A program made the position numbers and the translations under genes. Positions 38,400 to 48,561 of a stretch of 64,000 nt of DNA are shown piece by piece. The stretch comes from an uncultured Alphaproteobacteria bacterium (GTDB lineage Bacteria; Pseudomonadota; Alphaproteobacteria; Rickettsiales; UBA998), in contig CAWDMW010000001.1 of assembly GCA_963803575.1 (NCBI GenBank), positions 16,086 to 80,085 of the forward strand, written 5' to 3'. Numbering within the stretch: the first letter of the stretch is position 1; the number at the start of each line of letters is the position of its first letter. Below the pieces are notes generated by a model. It searched no databases and was not told the DNA's origin. It saw only the letters and a list, made by a program, of their open reading frames with translations.

Positions 38400-40292
38400 C
38401 TAAAAAGATGCCAACGTTAACATAGGAATACCATCTCCATACACGATGAACGCATATAACGTATAGACTACCCACACAACAATCGTTAACGGTATACCGG
38501 CACGAAGATAGTCACTGAAACTATAGCAGCCCGGCCCCATGACCAGCAAATTTGTTTGATAACCTATTGGGGACGCAAAAGAACAACAATTCGTGGCAAA
38601 TAACACAGCGAATACGAACATTTCTACAGGCACATTCAGGGTGACAGCTGTACTAACCGCGATGGGAGTAAAAATTAATGCTGCGGCATTATTGCTTAGG
38701 ACATTGGTCATCACAGCCATCAACCCAAACATGGCAGACATCACCCATACAGGATGTACCCCGCTCATTGCACCAATTAATGTTTCCGCTAAAAACACCG
38801 CGCCGCCTGTAACCTGCAACGCGCTGGCCATAGCCATACCCGCCGTTACTAACAAAATGATCTGGGTATCAATAGCACGCAATGCCTGCCTCGCCGTTAA
38901 ACATCCGGCAAAAATAGCCGCTGTTGCACCGAATAAGGCACCAATATAGACCGGCCAGACATCAAACGCTGCCAACCCAATGACAGTGGCAAAAATAAGG
39001 TTTGCACGACGTGCCAGTTTACGCGAAGGCAGTTCACGTCGTGACCATTCCATCAACATCATATCTTTATTATTACGGATCGCTTCAATATGTTCTCTGG
39101 TACCCATCACCATTAACACATCACCAGCAGCCAGAGAACTTTCTGTCATACGCGTATTAATCATACGGGAACGCCGCTGCAACCCAATGACGGTACAATG
39201 GTGGTGATGATAAAAACCAATCTGCTCAACTGTTTGTCCAATCATCTTGGAAGCCGGAGCAATCAATACTTCTACCATCGTCAGGCTATCTGCCTCCGTC
39301 TGTGCATGGGATGATAAATCTGCATTCAACGCACCTATTTTACCCAATGATCGTTTATCTTCATCTGATACAAGCTTGACTAATGACTCTTTTGTGACGG
39401 TAACAACCAATACATCAAAGGGTTTAACGGCCAAATTATCATCGAAGGGCGGTAGATACGCATGTTCGCGTCGTTGTAACATCCTTACGGAATATTTTTC
39501 TTCTCCAAATAAATTGGGATCCGTCAGGCTTTTTCCAACTAATGCTGATTTAACGGGTATCTCAAGTTGCACCACAAATTCTTTATTATCGTCTCCCATC
39601 ACGTCGCTTGCAAGTGGCGCATGGCTGGGTAAGAAGCGCGGCAAAATCAACAGCACATAGGCAAATCCTATGGCTGCAATGATGCTACCTGGCACCACAA
39701 AGTCAAACATGCCCAGTGGCGCGCGACCAAGTGATTCCAATGCACCGGAAATAATCAGGTTAGTCGAGGAACCGATCAGCACCGTTGTTCCCCCCAAAAT
39801 AGAAACATACGACAAAGGAATCATGACCTTTGATGCGGATAAGTTAATTTTCTTGGCGATAGCCAGCATGATGGGGATGAAAATCACTACGGCAGGCGTA
39901 TTATTCATAAAGGCGCTAATTACCATTACCACCAGCAATGATGCGGCAATAGCCAACCAGTAAAAAGAACCAAACACCCGAAAAATCCACTGTGTGACAA
40001 TTTCCAGTGAACCGGTATTCACAATTGCCTGACCAAGCACAAGCAAGGCAATTACCGCAATGAGCGCCGGATTCGCTAGCCCTTCCAAAAACACTGACGG
40101 ATTGATAGCAGTCTGATCGCTTCCTGTGTACGGAAGTGCATAAAACAGCCCAATGACGGCAAGCAGGATACTGATAGAGACGGCCTCAAGCGAGTATTTA
40201 TCTGAGGCAAATGCTATTACAGCCAGCAGGATAATTCCGAGTACCGCCCATAGATGGAATGTTGCAGGCAACGTTAATGCCAGTGATTCCAT
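38400..40292 (-). CDS. SLC13/DASS-superfamily (CitMHS-like) permease with two central TrkA-C (RCK_C) domains
   Basis: 630 aa. Two polytopic halves flank two soluble repeats of about 70 aa each (..VVQLEIPVKSALVGKSLTD.. and ..MVEVLIAPASKMIGQTVEQIG..GDVLMVMG). The stop lies 4 nt before the SBP start. Confidence 0.85.
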   Translation of the reverse strand: MESLALTLPATFHLWAVLGIILLAVIAFASDKYSLEAVSISILLAVIGLFYALPYTGSDQTAINPSVFLEGLANPALIAVIALLVLGQAIVNTGSLEIVTQWIFRVFGSFYWLAIAASLLVVMVISAFMNNTPAVVIFIPIMLAIAKKINLSASKVMIPLSYVSILGGTTVLIGSSTNLIISGALESLGRAPLGMFDFVVPGSIIAAIGFAYVLLILPRFLPSHAPLASDVMGDDNKEFVVQLEIPVKSALVGKSLTDPNLFGEEKYSVRMLQRREHAYLPPFDDNLAVKPFDVLVVTVTKESLVKLVSDEDKRSLGKIGALNADLSSHAQTEADSLTMVEVLIAPASKMIGQTVEQIGFYHHHHCTVIGLQRRSRMINTRMTESSLAAGDVLMVMGTREHIEAIRNNKDMMLMEWSRRELPSRKLARRANLIFATVIGLAAFDVWPVYIGALFGATAAIFAGCLTARQALRAIDTQIILLVTAGMAMASALQVTGGAVFLAETLIGAMSGVHPVWVMSAMFGLMAVMTNVLSNNAAALIFTPIAVSTAVTLNVPVEMFVFAVLFATNCCSFASPIGYQTNLLVMGPGCYSFSDYLRAGIPLTIVVWVVYTLYAFIVYGDGIPMLTLASF

Positions 40293-40454
40293 AGATATAT
40301 TACCTTCATATGTTATTACTCTGATTCAAGCTGACTCTATATCCTTTCTACCATATAAAGTCACTGATGAAAACGCAATGGAAGGAGCCGGCTAAACCTG
40401 TATTACGAATGGTAGAATTTAATAATTGGTTAGCTATCACTCTATTTGCTTGCA

Positions 40455-40490
40455 ATAGTTATTAAAGATAGTTATTAAAGATAGTTATGT
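40455..40490 (+). repeat. 13-bp tandem direct repeat (2.7 copies) in a divergent promoter region
   Basis: atagttattaaag occurs at 40455-40467 and 40468-40480, followed by the partial copy atagttatgt. Confidence 0.8.
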
Positions 40491-40521
40491 TGGCTACGTT
40501 TTTTAGTTATGGATAAATAGC

Positions 40522-40719
40522 ATGATGTTTGCTGTATACCACGACCCTTCCGGGAAACTTGAGGCTTGTGCGCTTGCAAGAATGAGTTCGGGATCCATGG
40601 AAATTTACCTGGCCAACTTTGGATGCGGATTAGGCGCAAAATCTGGTCAGTTTTACAGAATCGAGGCTTCATCGCCTGAAAATGCTTTATCAAAATACCG
40701 AAAACAAACCGGTAAATAG
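40522..40719 (+). CDS. Small hypothetical protein (65 aa)
   Basis: The ORF is followed within 6 nt by a perfect 11-bp-stem terminator, which argues for a real transcript. There is no clear SD sequence and no recognised motif. Confidence 0.4.
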   Translation: MMFAVYHDPSGKLEACALARMSSGSMEIYLANFGCGLGAKSGQFYRIEASSPENALSKYRKQTGK

Positions 40720-40724
40720 CACTT

Positions 40725-40772
40725 CTGCCCTTTATGAACCTACCCTTAGGCTTATAAAGGGCAGCTCTTTTT
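40725..40772 (+). terminator. Strong rho-independent terminator
   Basis: ctgccctttat (40725-40735) pairs perfectly with ataaagggcag (40754-40764) and is followed by CTCTTTTT. Confidence 0.8.
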
Positions 40773-40878
40773 CAATAGTGATACTGCAAACTAAGAATTT
40801 ACTTTTGTATGATATGACTTTATATACAGCATAACTATGACACAGGTTATCTCTCTTAGAACTGCACAGCAAGGCGTT

Positions 40879-41553
40879 ATGAAAAAGGAATATACTCCGG
40901 CTACGGAAACCGGCGGTTTTCGCCGTGGGTTTATGTTCGTCTTATCTTCTCCCTCTGGTGCAGGCAAAACCACGCTTTCCCGTCACCTGCTTGAGCAAGA
41001 GAATAGCGTGAAGATGTCTGTTTCTGTCACAACCCGTGACAAGCGCCCGGGTGAAGTGGATGGAGAACATTACTTCTTTAGCACACGCGCGGCGTTTGAC
41101 CATATGGCGCAGACAGATGAACTGTTGGAACACGCCACCGTTTTTAACCGCTCTTACGGCACCCCGGCGGCGTTTGTAAATCAGTCGCTGGATGCAGGCA
41201 TTGACGTATTGTTTGATATTGACTGGCAAGGGACACGTCAGCTTCGTGAGAAATGTCGCGATGATTTGGTTAGCGTCTTTATTTTGCCCCCTTCCATGCA
41301 GGAGCTGGAAACACGTTTGCGCAACCGCGCCCAAGACAGCGATGAGACGGTACGTTTTCGCATGGAGCGTGCTGCTGCGGAAATATCGCACTGGGAAGAA
41401 TATGATTATGTCGTAGTAAATCGTGATTTAGATAAGACACTTTCACGTATTACCAGCATTCTTCATGCAGAACGCCGTCGTCGCCAGCGTCAAACCACGC
41501 TGAACCATTTTGTAGACGGGCTGTTTGACGAAGCCAAAACACTGGGTTACTAA
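40879..41553 (+). CDS. gmk: Guanylate kinase
   Basis: Contains the SSPSGAGKTTL P-loop, SVTTRDKRPGEVDGEHYFF, YGTP and DIDWQG. I preferred the ATG at 40879 over the track start at 40837. Confidence 0.93.
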   Translation: MKKEYTPATETGGFRRGFMFVLSSPSGAGKTTLSRHLLEQENSVKMSVSVTTRDKRPGEVDGEHYFFSTRAAFDHMAQTDELLEHATVFNRSYGTPAAFVNQSLDAGIDVLFDIDWQGTRQLREKCRDDLVSVFILPPSMQELETRLRNRAQDSDETVRFRMERAAAEISHWEEYDYVVVNRDLDKTLSRITSILHAERRRRQRQTTLNHFVDGLFDEAKTLGY

Positions 41554-41607
41554 AACCTGCCAGATTGCTTTGACTCTGACTGTGTTATACGGCATTATCC
41601 CAAAGCT

Positions 41608-44118
41608 ATGACTGAATTACCCAAACGCTATAACCATAAAGACCGTGAGCCTTACTGGCAACAATATTGGCAGGAACAAGGCACCTATCACTGGCAGGGA
41701 AATGCCACACGTGACAACACCTATGTGATAGACACGCCCCCACCCACCGTTTCTGGTGTGCTGCATATGGGGCATATTTTCAGCTATACCCATGCAGATT
41801 TTATTGCCCGCTACCAACGGATGAAGGGCAAAGATGTGTTCTATCCGATGGGGTTTGATGATAACGGATTACCAACCGAACGGCTGGTGGAAAAGTTACG
41901 CAAGAAACGTGCCTCTGATTATGACTCGCGTGAGGCATTCATTGAAGTATGTCAGGAAGTCTCACAGGAAGCACGCCTGGAATTTCGCAAGCTTTTCACG
42001 TCTACTGCCTTGTCTGTAGACTGGCGGCAGGAATACCATACCATCAGTGATGACGTGCGCCGTCTGTCACAGCAATCCTTTCTGGACTTGCATGGCAATG
42101 GGCATATTTACCGTAAATTACGCCCTACATTATGGGATCCGGTGGATCAAACCGCGATTGCTCAGGCGGAAGTAGAAGATAAGGAGCTGGAAGGTAGCTT
42201 TAATGATATTCGCTTTGCTGTGGATGACTCGGATGAATCCTTTGTGATTGGCACCACCCGCCCAGAGTTGTTGCCTGCATGTGTGGGGATCTTCTATCAC
42301 CCTGATGATGCGCGGTATCAGCATCTCAAAGGTCAGAGTGCTATTACCCCGCTTTTTGGCGTGCGTGTTCCTGTTTTGGAGGATGACACGGTGGAGCCAG
42401 ATAAAGGAACGGGCATCATGATGTGCTGTACGTTTGGTGACGAAGCAGACATTGAAAAATGGCAAAAGCATGACCTAGAGACACGGATTATTGTCAACCA
42501 GTATGGTAAATTATATGATGTGTCCGACGCATTAAATGGCTTAAGAGTCAAAGCGGCGCGCGCTGCTATCATTGACATGCTGCGTGACTCGGGTGATCTG
42601 GTGCAGTCTACCCCCATCACTCATGCCGTGCCATGTGCAGAACGTTCAGGCGCACCACTGGAAATTTTGCCGACCATGCAATGGTACGTCAATATCTCCG
42701 ATTGCAAAGATGCCCTTAAAACGCAATCCAAAGCCTGCAACTGGAACCCGGCGTGGATGGAAAAGCGTATGGAGCAGTGGATTGACGGCATTAATCAGGA
42801 TTGGTGTATCTCACGCCAGCGTTATTATGGCGTCCCCTTCCCTGCATGGTATTCCAAACGCGCAGGCGAAGAAGGCAAGTTGTTGTTGGCAGAGCCAGAC
42901 CAATTGCCTGTTAATCCGTTAATAGACTTGCCAAAAGGATACACTGCTGATGAAGTGGAACCTGATGCAGATGTGATGGATACCTGGGCAACCAGCTCAC
43001 TTTCCCCCCATATTAACGCACAAGGGATTACATCAGACATTACAGATGATACCACTCGATTTGATGCCCTATATCCAGCAGATTTGCGGCCACAAGCTCA
43101 CGAAATCATCCGAAGCTGGGCGTTTTATACGTTGGCGAAGTCATATCTGCATAACAACCAAGTGCCATGGCACAACCTCATGATCTCTGGGTGGTGTCTG
43201 GCATCTGATAAAACCAAAATGTCAAAGTCCAAAGGCAATGTGGTTACACCTGTGGCACTGATTGAAGAAAAAGGCACGGATGCGGTACGGTATTGGGCAT
43301 CCACGGCAAAGCTTGGCACCGACACAGCATTTTCAGAAGATTTACTGAAAATCGGCAATAAGCTGGTGACGAAGTTGTGGAATGCATCTAAATTTGCTGC
43401 ACTACATCTGGAGCATATAGATACGCCATCTATGACGGCGGCTGAGGCAGTAGAGCAAGGGCTGATAACAGAACCGCTGGATAGATGGATACTTTCAATA
43501 ACTAACGTTGTTATATTCCAGTATAATATAGCTTTTCATATATACGATTACGCTGGAGCAAGAAATATAGCAGAGCAGCTATTCTGGAACGGTTTTTGCG
43601 ACAACTATCTAGAGCTAGTAAAATCTCGTGCATACGGCAATATGGGGCAAGCCGCTCAACGATCTGCATGTTACACCATATGGTATGTCTTAAATGTGTT
43701 ACTCAAACTGTTTGCTCCGTTTGTACCACATATCACTGAAGAACTTTATAGCAATATATATCCGCAGGAATATGCTAAGTACGGGTCTATTCATGCTCGT
43801 GGAACAATGCCTCAGCCCGAAGATCAGAATTTCCCATTCCACTTAGAATCAAGAGATATAGGAAGAAACACAGTTGCTATACTCGAACTCATCCGAAAAG
43901 CAAAGTCAGATAAAGGGTTATCTATCAAATATCCCATAGATAAGCTAAGCGTCACTGGCATTACCGCTAATTCTCTTCCCGCCGACTTAGCAGCAGCGGG
44001 TAACGTTGGCCATATTGAATATACAGATTCCATATCGGCAGATACGCTACAGCTTAGCTATGACGATGACGCTATTGCTATTGGGGTCACCTTTGCTGAC
44101 CAGCCAGACGTGGCATAA
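41608..44118 (+). CDS. valS: Valine--tRNA ligase, short archaeal-like type
   Basis: IDTPPPTVSGVLHMGHIFSYTHADFIARYQRMKGKDVFYPMGFDDNGLPTE (HIGH region) and KMSKSKGN (KMSKS). At 836 aa it lacks the long C-terminal coiled coil of typical bacterial ValRS. Confidence 0.85.
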   Translation: MTELPKRYNHKDREPYWQQYWQEQGTYHWQGNATRDNTYVIDTPPPTVSGVLHMGHIFSYTHADFIARYQRMKGKDVFYPMGFDDNGLPTERLVEKLRKKRASDYDSREAFIEVCQEVSQEARLEFRKLFTSTALSVDWRQEYHTISDDVRRLSQQSFLDLHGNGHIYRKLRPTLWDPVDQTAIAQAEVEDKELEGSFNDIRFAVDDSDESFVIGTTRPELLPACVGIFYHPDDARYQHLKGQSAITPLFGVRVPVLEDDTVEPDKGTGIMMCCTFGDEADIEKWQKHDLETRIIVNQYGKLYDVSDALNGLRVKAARAAIIDMLRDSGDLVQSTPITHAVPCAERSGAPLEILPTMQWYVNISDCKDALKTQSKACNWNPAWMEKRMEQWIDGINQDWCISRQRYYGVPFPAWYSKRAGEEGKLLLAEPDQLPVNPLIDLPKGYTADEVEPDADVMDTWATSSLSPHINAQGITSDITDDTTRFDALYPADLRPQAHEIIRSWAFYTLAKSYLHNNQVPWHNLMISGWCLASDKTKMSKSKGNVVTPVALIEEKGTDAVRYWASTAKLGTDTAFSEDLLKIGNKLVTKLWNASKFAALHLEHIDTPSMTAAEAVEQGLITEPLDRWILSITNVVIFQYNIAFHIYDYAGARNIAEQLFWNGFCDNYLELVKSRAYGNMGQAAQRSACYTIWYVLNVLLKLFAPFVPHITEELYSNIYPQEYAKYGSIHARGTMPQPEDQNFPFHLESRDIGRNTVAILELIRKAKSDKGLSIKYPIDKLSVTGITANSLPADLAAAGNVGHIEYTDSISADTLQLSYDDDAIAIGVTFADQPDVA

Positions 44119-44763
44119 ATGGAATGGTGCGCTAGCAAAGGACTGACACAGTATGATGCAGCCATTGCCCATATGCAACAGCGTGTGGTGGGCATTGCTG
44201 ACGGCAGCACGTCCGAACAACTCTGGTTGGTGGAGCATCCACCTCTTTATACAGCGGGAACGTCTGCCAAAGCAACGGACTTACTAGATACGCGCTTTCC
44301 TGTCCATGATACGGGACGCGGTGGTCAATACACCTATCACGGGCATGGACAGCGTGTGGTGTACGTCATGCTCAACCTCAAACAACGATACGCTCCCAAT
44401 GTGCCAGACATACGCCATTTTGTGCGTACATTAGAGCAATGGATTATTGATACACTTGCTGAGTTTGGCATTAAAGGAGAACGGCGCGAGGGGCGCGTGG
44501 GTATATGGGTTGCACATGATGGTACCGAATCCAAAATTGCTGCATTAGGTGTGCGCATCTCACGGGGGGTAAGCTATCATGGGATTGCTATCAACGTGTC
44601 ACCGGATTTATCGCATTATAGCGGTATTATTCCCTGCGGCATCTCACAATATGGTGTGACGTCTATGAAGGCACTAGGCGCAAAAGCCACGTTGACAGAA
44701 ATTGATCACACATTACAACGGCATTGTCCTTTTTGTAACATGCATGATATGATGTTGCGGTAA
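44119..44763 (+). CDS. lipB: Octanoyltransferase (lipoyl(octanoyl) transferase)
   Basis: Contains [38 protein letters not shown] and CG...GVTS. Confidence 0.92.
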   Translation: MEWCASKGLTQYDAAIAHMQQRVVGIADGSTSEQLWLVEHPPLYTAGTSAKATDLLDTRFPVHDTGRGGQYTYHGHGQRVVYVMLNLKQRYAPNVPDIRHFVRTLEQWIIDTLAEFGIKGERREGRVGIWVAHDGTESKIAALGVRISRGVSYHGIAINVSPDLSHYSGIIPCGISQYGVTSMKALGAKATLTEIDHTLQRHCPFCNMHDMMLR

Positions 44764-44821
44764 TGGTTTCTACATAGTTAGCTTATACCATGAACGCTAT
44801 TATCAGATCGGCATCCTTACT

Positions 44822-46048
44822 ATGTTCATAAGACCACTCTTTTTACTTTCCTGCACCTGCCTTTGCTTGAACGCACCTCACGTTGCCGCGCAAACGACTA
44901 TGTCAGGCTATCAAGGATACGTTCCTAAACAGGCAACATCTTCCTATCGTCACTCTATTCGCCAGCGGCCCAGATCCAGCCAGACGGTTGCTCCTCCTGT
45001 TGCAACAACGATGCAGCAATCAACACGCAGGGTTATAACTCAACCTCAGCCTGACCATCAGAGAAAACCACAAGCAGCAATATCTCCACGAAAAGCCACG
45101 CCGCCCGAGATACCATCACGGAGTAACCCGGCATGGGAAAAGTTTGTGCCACGCAACGTAGCTATGATGCGGGAATCTTCTACAATTTATGCACGCACTT
45201 TTGCCGGATACCGCCAGCAAGACGTGGAATTTAAAAATACTGTCTCTGTGCCACTTGTGCAATCTAGCAACAATTCCGGTATCGACTGGTCAGGGATTGG
45301 AATGTATGAAGTAGGCGCAGAAGTTGAGTATACTCATCCCGATGGCTGGCTGAAACATGTTCAGGCGGATGCTTTGGTAAGTTATGCAAACACCATTACG
45401 GATGCGAAAGAAGACTTTGCTTTTGCTAACGCGGCACCTACAGAAGATGATGTTCCGGTTACCTTTAGCGGTGAGGGAAAAGCGGAGGCCATGCAGGCGA
45501 AATTTGCACTGGGGTATCAGTTTGACATAGGGCAACTATTTCATCCTGCCAACACCAGACAATATAGCTGGGCAACCCCAGTTGCCGGATATGCTTACCA
45601 AACATTAGACTTAGATGTAGGAATACCCGCGCAAACCCTGTCTGATGGAAACGTACTACCTTCCACCATGCGTCAATATAACAGCACCATGAAAAGCCCA
45701 TTCATTGGCGTTAAAGCAGGTACACGCACGAAAGAACATCGCTTTCAGTTTCGTGGAGAAGTACATTATGCAGACTATGAAGCAGACATAGCGTTCTCTG
45801 CACCAAATGCCACACCTCTTCGTCTACCCTTTGCAGGTGATGCTATTGGGTTTCAGCTTGGTGCAGATTATAGTTATTTCATCACAGAGAGTCTGGCACT
45901 TAATATGAATGCAGATTACCATAATTGGGGGCTCGACGGTGAAATCACCTCCAGCACGTCTGTAAATGGTTTGGTTATTGATAGTAACCTTGATGAGGTA
46001 GAGCTAAACTCACAAGCCTACCGCGTAGGAGTTGCCTACGCATTCTAA
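44822..46048 (+). CDS. Outer-membrane beta-barrel protein with a basic P/Q-rich N-terminal region
   Basis: Signal peptide ..APHVAA|Q, alternating beta-strand patterns and the C-terminal signature ..YRVGVAYAF (terminal Phe). Confidence 0.7.
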   Translation: MFIRPLFLLSCTCLCLNAPHVAAQTTMSGYQGYVPKQATSSYRHSIRQRPRSSQTVAPPVATTMQQSTRRVITQPQPDHQRKPQAAISPRKATPPEIPSRSNPAWEKFVPRNVAMMRESSTIYARTFAGYRQQDVEFKNTVSVPLVQSSNNSGIDWSGIGMYEVGAEVEYTHPDGWLKHVQADALVSYANTITDAKEDFAFANAAPTEDDVPVTFSGEGKAEAMQAKFALGYQFDIGQLFHPANTRQYSWATPVAGYAYQTLDLDVGIPAQTLSDGNVLPSTMRQYNSTMKSPFIGVKAGTRTKEHRFQFRGEVHYADYEADIAFSAPNATPLRLPFAGDAIGFQLGADYSYFITESLALNMNADYHNWGLDGEITSSTSVNGLVIDSNLDEVELNSQAYRVGVAYAF

Positions 46049-46082
46049 TCTGGTCTTTTACCCGGGCATGTGATATTTATGC

Positions 46083-47234
46083 ATGATGATAGATGGAGTG
46101 ATTGATTTAGGCTTAGGCAAACCACCTCAAGACACACGCGTAGTGGTGGCTATGTCCGGTGGGGTAGATAGCTCAGTGGTGGCGGCTTTGCTGCATGAAT
46201 CCGGCTATGATGTGATTGGCATTACACTGCAACTTTACGACCATGGTGCAGCTATCAGTAAGAAAGGAGCCTGTTGCGCCGGACAGGATATCCATGATGC
46301 GCGTTTAGTCGCTGACCAGTTGGGTATTCCACATTATGTACTAAATTATGAAAGCCGTTTTCGTGAAAGCGTGATGGATGATTTTGCTGACAGCTACCTT
46401 GCAGGCGAAACCCCTATTCCCTGCGTGCGCTGCAATCAATCGGTCAAATTCCATGATCTGTTGCAAACCGCGCATGAGTTGGACGCTGATGTCATGGCGA
46501 CAGGACATTATGTACAACGTATCAACACGTCCGGTGGCGTACAACTTCATGGCGGGCAGGACGCAGGTAAAGATCAAAGCTATTTTTTGTTTGCCACGAC
46601 TCAACCGCAACTGGAGTTTCTGCGTTTCCCCTTAGGTGGTATGACCAAAGAGACTACGCGCGCTCATGCATTGCGCTTTGGTTTAGCGGTATCTGATAAG
46701 CCAGATAGTCAGGATATTTGTTTTGTACCCGGCGGTGATTACGCCAGCGTGATTAAAAAAATGCGCCCGGAAGCCTGTGCGCCGGGTGACATTGTGCATC
46801 TGGACGGCACCGTACTTGGGCAACATGAAGGTATTATTCATTACACGGTTGGGCAACGCAAAGGCTTAGGCATTGCTTACGCTCACCCGCTTTATGTAAT
46901 ACGGCTGGATGCAGAAAAGCGTCAGGTGATTGTTGGCGAGCAATCTGCCTTAGCAACCACATGCTTCTTTTTACATGACACAAACTGGCTGGATAATTCC
47001 ATTAAGCCAGATACGTCAGTTATGATTAAGTGGCGCTCCATGCAGACACTTAAACCTGCTCATGTGACGTTGCTGGAAGGCAATCGTGCGCTGGTAGAAA
47101 CCGTTGCACCGGAATATGCGATTGCGCCCGGCCAAGCATGTGTTGTGTATGATGGTAGCCGTGTGCTTGGCGGGGGGTGGATCACGCGGCACAACCGCCA
47201 ACCTGCAACCATACCCCAGCACAATGTGGCTTAA
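46083..47234 (+). CDS. mnmA: tRNA-specific 2-thiouridylase
   Basis: [18 protein letters not shown] (PP-loop), catalytic cysteine contexts ([15 protein letters not shown]) and KDQSYFL. Confidence 0.93.
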   Translation: MMIDGVIDLGLGKPPQDTRVVVAMSGGVDSSVVAALLHESGYDVIGITLQLYDHGAAISKKGACCAGQDIHDARLVADQLGIPHYVLNYESRFRESVMDDFADSYLAGETPIPCVRCNQSVKFHDLLQTAHELDADVMATGHYVQRINTSGGVQLHGGQDAGKDQSYFLFATTQPQLEFLRFPLGGMTKETTRAHALRFGLAVSDKPDSQDICFVPGGDYASVIKKMRPEACAPGDIVHLDGTVLGQHEGIIHYTVGQRKGLGIAYAHPLYVIRLDAEKRQVIVGEQSALATTCFFLHDTNWLDNSIKPDTSVMIKWRSMQTLKPAHVTLLEGNRALVETVAPEYAIAPGQACVVYDGSRVLGGGWITRHNRQPATIPQHNVA

Positions 47235-47287
47235 AAGTAATGCACGCTTATGAGCGTTGTCACATAGTGTAATGTAGATGTGACATT

Positions 47288-47686
47288 ATGGATTATGTGA
47301 TTGGCTATATATGTGCGCTCTGCGTATTTTTATTAATGGATATGGTGTGGATCAAAGGTATTGCACAAGGGTTTTACCAGCGCAATATTGGCCATTTTCT
47401 GCGAGAAAAATACAAGCTGATACCAGCTATGTTGTTTTACATTGTATATATCGCGATACTTCTGCTCTTAACTGTTGTTCCAAACGTGGCGAATGATAAT
47501 CTTACCTATTGCCTGATTTCAGGTGCGTTAATGGGACTGGCATCTTATGGCACTTATGACATTACAAATTATGCCTTAATGAAAGGCTGGCCACTAAATG
47601 TTACGATCGTTGATATGATATGGGGCATGGTAGTGTCGGCCACGTCTGCAGGCGTTGGGTACGCAGCCATTCAGTGGGCTACCTAA
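47288..47686 (+). CDS. DUF2177-like small membrane protein
   Basis: 132 aa with four TM helices. The N-terminus ..VFLLMDMVWIKGIAQGFYQRNIGHFL fits my recollection of DUF2177. Confidence 0.55.
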   Translation: MDYVIGYICALCVFLLMDMVWIKGIAQGFYQRNIGHFLREKYKLIPAMLFYIVYIAILLLLTVVPNVANDNLTYCLISGALMGLASYGTYDITNYALMKGWPLNVTIVDMIWGMVVSATSAGVGYAAIQWAT

Positions 47687-47693
47687 AAAAATT

Positions 47694-47720
47694 CCCGCAG
47701 CGCCTATAGGGCAGTGCGGG
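47694..47720. terminator. Hairpin between convergent genes
   Basis: cccgca (47694-47699) pairs with tgcggg (47715-47720). An A7 run lies upstream, which reads as a T-run on the minus strand, so it probably terminates the minus-strand lipoprotein gene. Confidence 0.45.
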
Positions 47721-47727
47721 TTGGATT

Positions 47728-48426
47728 CTAGCTATCTCCACGTGGACAACTGGTATTAGGTGATACATAGTCAAAATTATTGACTATGTATATGATGCTA
47801 GCCTTGTTTTCCTTGGAAAGGCTTTCTAGTTCAACAAGCAGTTGCTCATCAATACCAGAATATTCTTGATCAACTTCCTCGGATAGTACCACCGTACTGT
47901 TTATAAGAACAGCTTTGTTAACTTTCTCCAAGTCTATGTTGGACTTAGAGAATGCTAAATCCTGGTCTATCCTAAAACATAAACGAAGATCGCTTATAGC
48001 CTCATCCCTGAAAATAACCAACGCGATTTCTTGGGAAGTTTTAGCCAAAGCTCTTATAGATCTTGGTGTAGAAATATCCCAAAAAATTTCTTTAATCTTC
48101 ATCTCTTTGATAAGGGAAATTTGAGGTTTTTCCGGTAGATTCTGTGTTTTTGGTTTTTCCTCAGCTGCTTTCGCAGCAGGTGAAGGAACCTCAGATACAG
48201 AAAAGTCTTGCTCTGTTTCCGTTTTAACCACAGGATTCACCGTGATTTCATCAGGGGTTGAGGTGACAGTCGGAGTTGGACTAACTGTAGGCACGCTCGC
48301 TTTTGGTGTTCTATCAACTCGTATTTTTGAGTTGATTTGATATTCGTTGCTGTCCAACTGCTCACAGCCGGAAACGAAAGCAGTAAGACTAGCCAAACCA
48401 ACCAAAGCCAATGTTTGAAATCTCAT
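47728..48426 (-). CDS. Lipoprotein of unknown function with a T/P/S-rich linker
   Basis: MRFQTLALVGLASLTAFVSGC is a lipobox. I chose the start at 48426 instead of the track start at 48492. Confidence 0.6.
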   Translation of the reverse strand: MRFQTLALVGLASLTAFVSGCEQLDSNEYQINSKIRVDRTPKASVPTVSPTPTVTSTPDEITVNPVVKTETEQDFSVSEVPSPAAKAAEEKPKTQNLPEKPQISLIKEMKIKEIFWDISTPRSIRALAKTSQEIALVIFRDEAISDLRLCFRIDQDLAFSKSNIDLEKVNKAVLINSTVVLSEEVDQEYSGIDEQLLVELESLSKENKASIIYIVNNFDYVSPNTSCPRGDS

Positions 48427-48561
48427 AACAAAGAATAGGTAATGTGTACAAGCCACGCATGATGTAGCGTAGCGAAAAAAGAGCAAATGCACCCGTAAGT
48501 TCTAAAGAAGAACTAGTTTAAGAAACTAATATATCTCGAAAATACCCTTAAGTAAAGCACT

